Positions 7,200 through 14,535 of a DNA stretch of 14,585 nt are shown in pieces. Made by a program: the position numbers and the translations under genes. Source of the stretch: a virus. The notes below the pieces were generated by a model. That model was given only the letters and a program-made list of their open reading frames with translations. It had not been told where the DNA came from and ran no database searches. The DNA lies in the UHGV virus genome UHGV-0166592. One strand, 5' to 3'. Numbering within the stretch: the stretch's first letter is position 1; every line of letters begins with the position of its first letter.

Positions 7200-7296
7200 A
7201 GGAGCACCATTTCTTGAATTGCTAAGTAATCTTAGTTTTTATTGACCAAAGATAGATTTGTAATTAGCATCTAATAAAACTTAGTTTGGAGGGCGT
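7200..7296. promoter_or_regulatory. Divergent cI/cro control region (OR-like) with operator palindromes
   Basis: 97-bp AT-rich interval between the divergent cI and cro starts. It contains the inverted repeat CTAAG-TAAT-CTTAG (7222..7235), the palindrome AAACT-T-AGTTT (7277..7287) and a candidate -35 TTGACC (7242..7247). Exact pR/pRM positions are not resolved. Confidence 0.6.
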
Positions 7297-7497
7297 ATGA
7301 CAACTGACGATATCGAAAGCTACTTCGGCAGTATTGAGAAAGTTGCTGCTTTTTTCGGCATAACAACTGAAGCCGTTTATCAGTGGCGAAACCGTCCGGG
7401 CCAGTTAATTCCAAAAGGACGTGCAGCAGAAGCTGCATATAGAACTTGCGGACGGTTGCCATTTAAACCTGAGCTTTATGAAAAATCTAATGGATAA
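7297..7497 (+). CDS. cro: Cro-like small HTH regulator (YdaS-type)
   Basis: 66-aa ORF divergent from cI, with RBS GGAGGG before ATG 7297. HTH-like segment GSIEKVAAFFGITTEAVYQWRNR. Confidence 0.8.
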   Translation: MTTDDIESYFGSIEKVAAFFGITTEAVYQWRNRPGQLIPKGRAAEAAYRTCGRLPFKPELYEKSNG

Positions 7498-8086
7498 ATC
7501 GATTAACAGAAACCACAGAACGATGAGGCTAACCGTGGGTAAGCATCACTGGAAAGTAGAAAAACAGCCTGAGTGGTACGTGAAAGCTGTCAGAAAAACT
7601 ATCGCAGCGTTGCCGGGTGGTTACGCTGAAGCAGCTGACTGGCTGGATGTAACAGAAAACGCATTATTTAACCGCCTTCGTGCCGATGGCGATCAGATTT
7701 TCCCGCTGGGATGGGCAATGATTTTGCAACGTGCTGGTGGAACTCACTTCATTGCTGACGCTGTGGCGCAGTCTGCAAATGGCGTCTTTGTGTCTCTTCC
7801 TGACGTCGAGGATGTGGACAACGCCGATATTAACCAGCGCCTGCTGGAAGTCATTGAACAGATTGGCAGTTATTCCAGACAGATTCGTTCGGCAATCGAA
7901 GACGGTGTGGTGGAACCGCATGAGAAGACAGCAATTAACGACGAGCTGTATCTCTCAATTTCGAAGCTGCAGGAGCATGCAGCACTGGTCTACAAAATCT
8001 TTTGCGTTTCAGAAAGTAGTGACGCCCGCGAGTGTGCAGCTCCGGGCGCCGTGGCGTGTCGTGACTGTGGAGAAACTAACGCATGA
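7478..8086 (+). CDS. CII-like / YdaT-family early regulator (start uncertain)
   Basis: The ORF immediately follows and overlaps cro. Possible starts are 7421, 7478 and 7490; none has a strong RBS. Its position after cro and its size fit the phage CII/YdaT-type regulators as I recall them. Confidence 0.5.
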   Translation: MKNLMDKSINRNHRTMRLTVGKHHWKVEKQPEWYVKAVRKTIAALPGGYAEAADWLDVTENALFNRLRADGDQIFPLGWAMILQRAGGTHFIADAVAQSANGVFVSLPDVEDVDNADINQRLLEVIEQIGSYSRQIRSAIEDGVVEPHEKTAINDELYLSISKLQEHAALVYKIFCVSESSDARECAAPGAVACRDCGETNA

Positions 8087-8421
8087 ACAGTTTAACAACA
8101 CACTACCGTCGCTCGCAACTGATTGCGCTTCCTGTACCGGGTGGAAAAGCGAAGGTGGAGTATTGCTATGCAGTTAATGTACCAGGTGACAGGGAAATTG
8201 TAACCCACAGCTTTGCTGAGTGGGCTGTGGGTGATTTCAACCGGCAGAAGGAGACAGTCCTTTGCGACAAGTTAACCGCTGGTTCAAAGATCACTACGGA
8301 GTGCCCGTCAGAGTCATTCGTTGGGAGCCGGAAACACAACGAGTTATCTACCTCCGCGAAGGCTATGAGCATGAGTGCTTCAGCCCGCTCGAACAGTTTC
8401 GTCGTAAATTCAGGGAAATAG
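8083..8421 (+). CDS. Hypothetical protein, frame 1 (overlaps a better-looking alternative frame in its 3' half)
   Basis: ATG 8083 overlaps the upstream stop (ATGA), with GGAG 10 nt upstream. The C-terminal third translates to low-complexity S/A-rich sequence, suggesting that part is not the genuine frame. Confidence 0.3.
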   Translation: MNSLTTHYRRSQLIALPVPGGKAKVEYCYAVNVPGDREIVTHSFAEWAVGDFNRQKETVLCDKLTAGSKITTECPSESFVGSRKHNELSTSAKAMSMSASARSNSFVVNSGK

Positions 8422-8441
8422 AGGTCGGTCATGAGCACTAA
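8262..8441 (+). CDS. Candidate small protein, DUF4222-like, non-ATG (TTG) start
   Basis: The frame-3 translation [58 protein letters not shown] looks protein-like. There is no in-frame ATG; TTG 8262 lies 8 nt after a strong RBS AAGGAGA (8248..8254). It ends TAA 8439..8441, overlapping the replication gene start. Confidence 0.3.
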   Translation: MRQVNRWFKDHYGVPVRVIRWEPETQRVIYLREGYEHECFSPLEQFRRKFREIEVGHEH

Positions 8442-9372
8442 ATTAACCGGCTATGTATGGGATGGTTGCGCTGCATCAGGCATGAAATTATCCAGCGTGG
8501 CAATTATGGCCCGCCTGGCTGATTTCAGTAATGACGAAGGTGTGTGCTGGCCATCAATTGAAACCATTGCCCGCCAGATTGGCGCGGGGATGAGTACCGT
8601 CAGAACGGCTATCGCACGGCTGGAAGCAGAAGGCTGGTTAACGCGTAAGGCGCGTCGCCAGGGTAACCGCAATGCGTCGAATGTTTATCAGCTTAACGTT
8701 GCGAAGCTTCAGGCAGCGGCATTTTCTCAACTGTCAGATTCTGACCCGTCAAAATCTGACGCATCAAAATCTGACCCGTCAAAATTTGATGCGTCGAAAT
8801 CTGGCAAAAAAGCGGGTTTTCACCCGTCAGAATCTGGTGGGGATCCGTCAGTAAAATCAAAACATGATCCGTCAGATAAAAAAACTTCTCGTCCGGACGC
8901 TTCGCAACCGGACACGCAGACGGCTGAACAGGATTTTTTAACTCGCCATCCTGATGCGGTTGTATTCAGCCCTAAAAAGCGCCAGTGGGGGACGCAGGAT
9001 GATTTGACCTGCGCACAGTGGCTCTGGAAAAAAATCATCGCCCTGTACGAGCATGCCGCCGAATGTGACGGCGAGGTGGTTCGTCCCAAAGAACCGAACT
9101 GGACAGCCTGGGCAAACGAAATTCGCCTGATGTGTGTGCAGGATGGTCGTACTCATAAACAAATCTGCGAGATGTACAGCCGCGTCAGTCGCGATCCGTT
9201 CTGGTGCCGTAACGTGCTCAGCCCGTCGAAGCTGCGGGAAAAATGGGATGAGCTTTCCCTGCGCTTATCGCCGTCCATCAGCACATACACAGAAAAACGC
9301 GAAGACCCGTATTTCAAATCCAGTTACGACAACGTGGACTACAGCCAGATCCCGGCAGGATTCAGGGGGTGA
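8431..9372 (+). CDS. Replication initiation protein (N-terminal winged HTH, C-terminal DnaT-like domain)
   Basis: 313-aa ORF with RBS GAGG 6 nt before ATG 8431. The N-terminus (VAIMARLADFSNDEGVCWPSIETIARQIGAGMSTVRTAIARLEAEGWL) is the wHTH of phage initiators; the C-terminus (TCAQWLWKKIIALYEHAAE...) resembles DnaT-type domains. The central linker is encoded by iteron-like repeats. Confidence 0.8.
   Translation: MSTKLTGYVWDGCAASGMKLSSVAIMARLADFSNDEGVCWPSIETIARQIGAGMSTVRTAIARLEAEGWLTRKARRQGNRNASNVYQLNVAKLQAAAFSQLSDSDPSKSDASKSDPSKFDASKSGKKAGFHPSESGGDPSVKSKHDPSDKKTSRPDASQPDTQTAEQDFLTRHPDAVVFSPKKRQWGTQDDLTCAQWLWKKIIALYEHAAECDGEVVRPKEPNWTAWANEIRLMCVQDGRTHKQICEMYSRVSRDPFWCRNVLSPSKLREKWDELSLRLSPSISTYTEKREDPYFKSSYDNVDYSQIPAGFRG
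8731..8885 (+). repeat. Iteron-like 15-bp repeats inside the replication gene; candidate origin
   Basis: Five tandem 15-bp units at 8731..8805 (e.g. CCGTCAAAATCTGAC, GCATCAAAATCTGAC, CCGTCAAAATTTGAT), then three spaced copies at 8824, 8845 and 8869, followed by an A-rich tract. Confidence 0.6.
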
Positions 9373-9374
9373 GC

Positions 9375-9863
9375 ATGAGTCTTTTGAATGAAGTTCAGAA
9401 ATTCATTGAAGCCCATCCGGGGTGTACTTCCGGAGACATTGCGGATGCTTTTGCAGGTTACTCACGACAGCGCGTTCTGCAGTCAGCAAGCAAGTTACGT
9501 CAGAGTGGGCGTGTGGCTCACCGTTGTGAAGGGGATACACGCAGACATTTCCCGCGCCTGACTGAGAGAGCGCAGGAGCCGGAACCACAACCAGTTCGTG
9601 AAACCAGACCTGTGCGCAATTTCTATGTCGGCACTAACGATCCACGGGTGATTTTGTGCCTGACCCGCCAGGCTGAAGAACTGGAGTCCAGGGGCCTATA
9701 CCGTCGTGCTGCAACGGTGTGGATGGCGGCATTCCGTGAAAGCCACTCCCAGCCAGAACGAAACAATTTTCTGGCGCGTCGTGAGCAGTGCTTACAGAAA
9801 AGCAGCAAGCGCGCTGCATCGGGTGAAGAGTGGTATCTGTCAGGGAATTACGTGGGGGCTTAA
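9375..9863 (+). CDS. PerC-like transcriptional regulator
   Basis: Start placed at ATG 9375 (GTG 9369 is possible). The segment AEELESRGLYRRAATVWMAAFRESHSQPERNNFLARREQCL resembles the PerC/Pch motif as I recall it. Its stop overlaps the next start as TAATG. Confidence 0.5.
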   Translation: MSLLNEVQKFIEAHPGCTSGDIADAFAGYSRQRVLQSASKLRQSGRVAHRCEGDTRRHFPRLTERAQEPEPQPVRETRPVRNFYVGTNDPRVILCLTRQAEELESRGLYRRAATVWMAAFRESHSQPERNNFLARREQCLQKSSKRAASGEEWYLSGNYVGA

Positions 9864-10516
9864 TGAGTAATAAATATTGCCAGGCGCTGGTGGAACTGCG
9901 GAACAAACCAGCCCATGAACTGAAGGAAGTGGGCGATCAGTGGCGCACGCCGGACAACATTTTCTGGGGAATTAACACCCTGTTTGGCCCGTTTGTTCTG
10001 GATCTGTTCACTGACGGTGATAACGCCAAATGTGCTGCGTATTACACGGCGGAAGACAACGCGCTGGCGCATGACTGGTCAGAACGTCTTGCGGAGCTAA
10101 AAGGTGCTGCCTTTGGTAATCCCCCATACAGCCGCGCCAGTCAGCATGAGGGGCAATACATCACCGGCATGCGTTACATCATGAAACATGCCAGTGCCAT
10201 GCGTGATAAGGGCGGGCGCTATGTTTTCCTGATCAAAGCTGCCACCAGCGAAGTGTGGTGGCCGGAAGATGCAGATCATATTGCTTTTATTCGCGGGCGT
10301 ATTGGTTTTGAACTGCCTGCCTGGTTTATCCCGAAGGATGAGAAGCAGGTGCCGACAGGCGCTTTCTTCGCTGGTGCTATTGCTGTTTTCGACAAGACCT
10401 GGAAGGGACCGGCAATCAGCTACATCGGGCGCGATGAACTTGAGGCATGTGGTGAGGCGTTTCTGGAGCAGGTTCGTCAGCAGGCGGAAAAACTGGTCAG
10501 GGAGATGGCGGCATGA
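9863..10516 (+). CDS. Phage Dam-type DNA N6-adenine methyltransferase
   Basis: Start at ATG 9863 (MSNKYCQALVELRNK...). Contains the catalytic NPPY motif (AFGNPPYSR) and an upstream WRTPD segment typical of phage Dam-family enzymes. Confidence 0.85.
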   Translation: MSNKYCQALVELRNKPAHELKEVGDQWRTPDNIFWGINTLFGPFVLDLFTDGDNAKCAAYYTAEDNALAHDWSERLAELKGAAFGNPPYSRASQHEGQYITGMRYIMKHASAMRDKGGRYVFLIKAATSEVWWPEDADHIAFIRGRIGFELPAWFIPKDEKQVPTGAFFAGAIAVFDKTWKGPAISYIGRDELEACGEAFLEQVRQQAEKLVREMAA

Positions 10517-10839
10517 CGACGTTAACTCAATGCCAGCAGCAGGTGCTGGATATGCTGATTTCTTATCAGAAAGAACGTGGTTTCCCGCCAACCAATCAGG
10601 AGGTGGCAACCATGCTGGGATACCGTTCGGTGAATGCAGCGGTGGAGCATCTTCGTGCGCTGGAGAAAAAAGGCGTCATCACGATAAAGCGTGGCGTGGC
10701 CCGGGGGATAACGCTTCATACCGCGGTGAAGGACGACGACAGCGAGGCGGTCGGGATTATCCGCTCACTGCTTGCCGGTGAGGAAAACGCCAGGCTGCGT
10801 GCAGCCCACTGGTTACATGAGAGGGGCCTGAAAGTATGA
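10513..10839 (+). CDS. LexA N-terminal-like winged-helix DNA-binding protein
   Basis: 108-aa ORF; QQQVLDMLISYQKERGFPPTNQEVATMLGYRSVNAAVEHLRALEKKGVI resembles the LexA DNA-binding domain, with no peptidase domain. ATGA overlap with the Dam stop. Confidence 0.6.
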   Translation: MTTLTQCQQQVLDMLISYQKERGFPPTNQEVATMLGYRSVNAAVEHLRALEKKGVITIKRGVARGITLHTAVKDDDSEAVGIIRSLLAGEENARLRAAHWLHERGLKV

Positions 10840-11225
10840 AGCTGATTCTGCCTTTTCCGCCCAGCGTGAACACGTACTGGCGACACCCCAACAAAGGGGC
10901 GTTTGCTGGTAAGAGCCTGATAAGCGCGGCGGGGCGAAAATTCCAGAGTGCGGCGTGCGCAGCAATAGTTGAGCAGTTACGTCGTCTGCCGAAACCAACG
11001 TCGGCACCTGCTTCAGTGGAGATCGTGTTGTTTCCTCCGGATAACCGGATCCGCGATCTGGACAACTATAACAAGGCGCTGTTTGACGCCCTGACCCACG
11101 CGGGTGTGTGGGAAGACGACAGCCAGGTGAAAAGAATGCTGGTGGAGTGGGGACCGGTTATCCCGGAAGGGAAGGTCGAGATCACTATCAGTAAGTACGA
11201 GAAAACGGCGGGTGCAGCCGCCTGA
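10836..11225 (+). CDS. rusA: Holliday junction resolvase RusA
   Basis: 129-aa ORF; the N-terminal LPFPPSVNTYWRH and the Asp-rich region (IRDLDNYNKALFDALTHAGVWEDDSQV) fit RusA. ATGA overlap with the upstream gene. Confidence 0.85.
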   Translation: MKLILPFPPSVNTYWRHPNKGAFAGKSLISAAGRKFQSAACAAIVEQLRRLPKPTSAPASVEIVLFPPDNRIRDLDNYNKALFDALTHAGVWEDDSQVKRMLVEWGPVIPEGKVEITISKYEKTAGAAA

Positions 11226-11244
11226 TCAAGAGGAGAAACGAAGT

Positions 11245-12087
11245 ATGAATAATCTGATGGTCATTGATGGTATTGAAGTTCGTCGTGATGCTTATGGGCG
11301 TTACAGCCTGAACGATCTGCATCGGGCTGCTGTTGCATCTGGTGCAAATGCCAGAACTAAGGAGCCGGGAAAGTTTCTTTCCAGCCAACAGATTACTGAG
11401 CTGGTTCAGGAATTGATCGATACCCAAAATTTGGGTGTCGGTTCATTCAATGAAACTACCCAAAATTTGGGTAGTAAACCAGTAAGTAAAATAGAAGGGC
11501 GGAATGGAGGAACGTATGTCTGCAAGGAACTGGTGTATGCCTATGCAATGTGGATCAGCCCGTCATTCCATCTGAAGGTGATCCGTACTTTCGATATGGT
11601 AACCAGCGCACCGGAAAAATTATCCGGGCAGGCTGCTGACAAGATGCAGGCTGGAGTGATTCTGCTGGACTTTATGCGCAGGGAGTTAAACCTGTCTAAC
11701 TCTTCAGTGCTTGGGGCCTGTCAGAAACTCCAGGAGGCTGTTGGCTTACCGAATCTGGCACCGCGCTATGCCATTGATGCTCCTGCTGACGCGCCTGATG
11801 GCTCAAGCCGCCCCACGCTGTCACTGAGTGCATTGCTGAAGCAGTATGGTATCCGCCTGACAGCTAATCAGGCATATCACCAGATGGTGAAGCTGGGGAT
11901 CGTCGAGCAGCGCGAACGATACAGCCGTACCGCGATTAACAACATCAAAAAATTCTGGTCGCTGACGGCGAAAGGCTGCATGTTCGGCAAGAACATCACC
12001 AGTCCTGCAAATCCGCGCGAGACGCAGCCGCATTTCTTCGAATCCCGATTCCCTGAGCTGTTAAAGCTGCTCGATACCGTACATTGA
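11245..12087 (+). CDS. KilA-N domain protein (antirepressor-like)
   Basis: Start at ATG 11245 with RBS AGGAG 9 nt upstream. The N-terminal region (YSLNDLHRAA ... KELVYAYAMWISPSFHLKVIR) is KilA-N-like. Confidence 0.75.
   Translation: MNNLMVIDGIEVRRDAYGRYSLNDLHRAAVASGANARTKEPGKFLSSQQITELVQELIDTQNLGVGSFNETTQNLGSKPVSKIEGRNGGTYVCKELVYAYAMWISPSFHLKVIRTFDMVTSAPEKLSGQAADKMQAGVILLDFMRRELNLSNSSVLGACQKLQEAVGLPNLAPRYAIDAPADAPDGSSRPTLSLSALLKQYGIRLTANQAYHQMVKLGIVEQRERYSRTAINNIKKFWSLTAKGCMFGKNITSPANPRETQPHFFESRFPELLKLLDTVH
11421..11473. repeat. Two copies of the 16-bp near-palindrome TACCCAAAATTTGGGT inside the KilA-N gene
   Basis: Exact copies at 11421..11436 and 11457..11472, 36 bp apart. Each has half-sites ACCCAAA / TTTGGGT. 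Confidence 0.7.
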
Positions 12088-12088
12088 G

Positions 12089-13084
12089 GTGACCGTGAGA
12101 GCACTACTGACCCCTGAAATTGCCCCGCGTATGGGGATCGTATTGTTCAGACCAGGTTCAGAGCTGATGCCCCTGTTTATGCAGGGGCGTGTCCTGCTGG
12201 AGCCTGAGCCGGAACGTTATTCATCTTTCGCCAGTGGTGCCGTTCCGGCGGCATCACAACCGCTGGCGGATGATCCTGCCGTTCGGGCCGTGTTCCGCAA
12301 TGAGGCAGTGATCCGTCGTGCTGGTGGCGTGGAATGTCTTGAAAGCTGGTTACTTCGTGAAAAAGGCTGCCAGTGGCCTCATTCCGACTGGCACAGCGAG
12401 AACATGACCACAATGCGACACGCGCCGGGCGCAATCCGTCTGTGTTGGCACTGCGATAACCAGTTGCGTGATCAGTTCACGGAACGGCTGGAATCAATGG
12501 CAACGGATAACTGTGCCCACTGGGTGTTATCTGTCGTGCGTCGGGATCTCGGTTTTGATGACAGTCACGTTGTGACAATGCCGGAACTGTGCTGGTGGCT
12601 GATTCGTAATGACCTGGCGGATGCCTTACCGGAAAGTGCAGCCCGTAAGGCACTGAGATTACCGAAGCCGGTTGTGCCGTCTGTCACCCGGGAGAGTGAC
12701 CTTGTTCCTTCGGTTCCTGCCACCAGCATTATCCAGGATAAAGCGAAAAAGGTGCTGGCGCTGAAAGTGGATCCAGAGTCGCCGGAGTCTTTTATGTTAC
12801 GCCCAAAACGTCGCCGCTGGGTTAATGAAAAGTACACGCGCTGGGTTAAGACACAGCCGTGTGCATGTTGTGGAAAGCCTGCTGATGATCCCCACCACCT
12901 GATAGGCCATGGTCAGGGTGGAATGGGTACAAAAGCGCATGACCTCTTTGTGTTGCCTTTGTGCAGAAAGCATCACGACGAGCTGCATGCGGATACCGTG
13001 GCATTTGAAGAGATGTATGGCTCCCAGCTGGAGCTGATATTTCGTTTTATCGATCATGCGCTGGCAATAGGCGTACTGGCGTAA
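12089..13084 (+). CDS. DUF968-like protein with Cys/His-rich C-terminus (start uncertain)
   Basis: 331-aa ORF with a GTG start at 12089 and a weak RBS. The C-terminus CACCGKPADDPHHLIGHGQGGMGTKAHDLFVLPLCRKHHDELH fits DUF968/HNH-like prophage proteins as I recall them. Confidence 0.65.
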   Translation: MTVRALLTPEIAPRMGIVLFRPGSELMPLFMQGRVLLEPEPERYSSFASGAVPAASQPLADDPAVRAVFRNEAVIRRAGGVECLESWLLREKGCQWPHSDWHSENMTTMRHAPGAIRLCWHCDNQLRDQFTERLESMATDNCAHWVLSVVRRDLGFDDSHVVTMPELCWWLIRNDLADALPESAARKALRLPKPVVPSVTRESDLVPSVPATSIIQDKAKKVLALKVDPESPESFMLRPKRRRWVNEKYTRWVKTQPCACCGKPADDPHHLIGHGQGGMGTKAHDLFVLPLCRKHHDELHADTVAFEEMYGSQLELIFRFIDHALAIGVLA

Positions 13085-13097
13085 GTGGAGAACGAGC

Positions 13098-13850
13098 ATG
13101 AACCTTGAAGCCTTACCAAAATATTACTCCCCAAAATCTCCAAAATTGAGCGATGACGCACCGGCGACAGGCTCAGGTGGTTTAACGATTACGGATGTGA
13201 TGGCTGCGCAGGGGATGGTGCAGTCGAAAGCACCGCTTGGGTTTGCCTTATTCCTGGCAAAAGTTGGTGTTCAGGATCCTCAGTTTGCGATTGAAGGTCT
13301 GCTCAATTACGCGATGGCAATGGATAACCCGACATTGAACAAATTGAGTGAAGAAACCCGGTTACAGATCATCCCTTACCTTGTGAGTTTTGCCTTTGCT
13401 GATTATTCCAGGTCTGCGGCAAGTAAGGCTCGCTGTGAGCATTGTGCTGGTACTGGATTTCATAGTGTATTGCGCGAAGTGGTGAAACACTCCAGAAGCG
13501 GGGAATCTGTTATCAAGGAAGAGTGGGTGAAGGAATTATGTCAGCATTGCCATGGTAAGGGAGAAGTCAGCACGGCTTGCAGAGGGTGTAAGGGTAAAGG
13601 CATTGTCCTGGATGAAAAAAGAACCCGGCTTCATGGCGCGCCTGTTTATAAGATTTGTGGGCGTTGCAATGGAAACCGGTTTAGTCGTTTACCGACCACA
13701 CTGGCACGACGTCATGTCCAGAAGCTGGTACCAGACCTGACTGATTATCAGTGGTACAAAGGATATGCAGACGTCATTGATAAACTGGTAACAAAGTGCT
13801 GGCAGGAAGAAGCATTCGCTGAAGCACAATTGAGAAAGGTGACGAGATAA
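13098..13850 (+). CDS. Late-gene antitermination protein Q
   Basis: 250-aa ORF with RBS GGAG before ATG 13098. The N-terminus MNLEALPKYYSPKSPKLSDDAPATGSGGLTITDVMAAQGMVQSKAPLGFALF matches lambdoid Q proteins as I recall them; Cys-rich zinc-binding region CEHCAGTG ... CQHCHGKG ... CRGCKGKG. Confidence 0.85.
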   Translation: MNLEALPKYYSPKSPKLSDDAPATGSGGLTITDVMAAQGMVQSKAPLGFALFLAKVGVQDPQFAIEGLLNYAMAMDNPTLNKLSEETRLQIIPYLVSFAFADYSRSAASKARCEHCAGTGFHSVLREVVKHSRSGESVIKEEWVKELCQHCHGKGEVSTACRGCKGKGIVLDEKRTRLHGAPVYKICGRCNGNRFSRLPTTLARRHVQKLVPDLTDYQWYKGYADVIDKLVTKCWQEEAFAEAQLRKVTR

Positions 13851-13881
13851 GTGATTTTCACCGAAGATGGCGACATGATGC

Positions 13882-13910
13882 TTGCATTTCTCAAAAAATA
13901 TGGATAAGAT
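13882..13910 (+). promoter_or_regulatory. Candidate pR'-like late promoter
   Basis: -35-like TTGCAT (13882..13887), 17-nt spacer, -10-like TAAGAT (13905..13910), about 30 bp after the Q stop. The match to consensus is weak; assignment rests mainly on position. Confidence 0.3.
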
Positions 13911-13955
13911 TTTCCCAACGATGGGCTTTGTATGTCTACCGTTGATGAGTCCAAG

Positions 13956-13990
13956 AACCCGCCGCCGAGCGGGTTAAATTATTTTTTCTT
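13956..13990 (+). terminator. Candidate tR'-like intrinsic terminator
   Basis: 7-bp stem AACCCGC / GCGGGTT (13956..13962 and 13969..13975), 6-nt loop, then AAATTATTTTTTCTT. It lies about 70 nt after the candidate pR'. Confidence 0.5.
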
Positions 13991-14004
13991 ACACGGGGAT
14001 ATGG

Positions 14005-14535
14005 ATGTTATACCGAGATCTTTTGCCTATTTTCTCAGAAAGACCCATATTTAAAGCTCCTGAGGCTGAAAGAATACTTCGTGAGCAATATTCTATCGCC
14101 GCCCCCACTCCTGTAATTCAGGAGATTTATTATGGATTGGCAGGTTATGACAGATTTCAGGAGCTTTATGGGGATCTTAATATTGACCAAATCGAATGGA
14201 AATTGATTGAACTTCCCACTAAAAATTTTTTAACTATCGGGGATAATGCTACTTACCCTGATTTTTTGCATGAGGTCGTTGAAGATTTCACAACCCGTAA
14301 AGGCGATGTATTTATGGATGATGAAATAAAAGCGCATTGGTGTAATTTTGGCACATGGTGTGAACCTCCATTTTTTATAGATCGAGCTTTGCTGAAAAGT
14401 AATACAACAGGGCTTCATTTAATGGAAGGGCATACAAGAGTTGGAACCCTGTTAGGGGCAGTTAAGTATAACTTCGTTAAGCTTGCTAATACTCATAAAA
14501 TTTATTATGCGCAAGCAAAAGAATGTATTAAATAA
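14005..14535 (+). CDS. Hypothetical 176-aa protein; AT-rich cargo gene downstream of Q/tR'
   Basis: ORF with RBS GGGGA 5 nt before ATG 14005 and TAA at 14533..14535. It is markedly more AT-rich than the flanking phage genes. I recognise no family. Confidence 0.65.
   Translation: MLYRDLLPIFSERPIFKAPEAERILREQYSIAAPTPVIQEIYYGLAGYDRFQELYGDLNIDQIEWKLIELPTKNFLTIGDNATYPDFLHEVVEDFTTRKGDVFMDDEIKAHWCNFGTWCEPPFFIDRALLKSNTTGLHLMEGHTRVGTLLGAVKYNFVKLANTHKIYYAQAKECIK

Noticed and set aside
7421-7477. Upstream extension of the cII-like ORF to ATG 7421
   Set aside because: It would overlap the last 25 codons of cro in another frame with no RBS; a start at 7478 or 7490 is more plausible.
8672-8854. 60-aa ORF (TRQNL repeats) and a possible CRISPR-like array
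   Set aside because: It is a frame artefact of the 15-bp iteron repeats inside the replication gene. The repeats are contiguous with no unique spacers and no cas genes.
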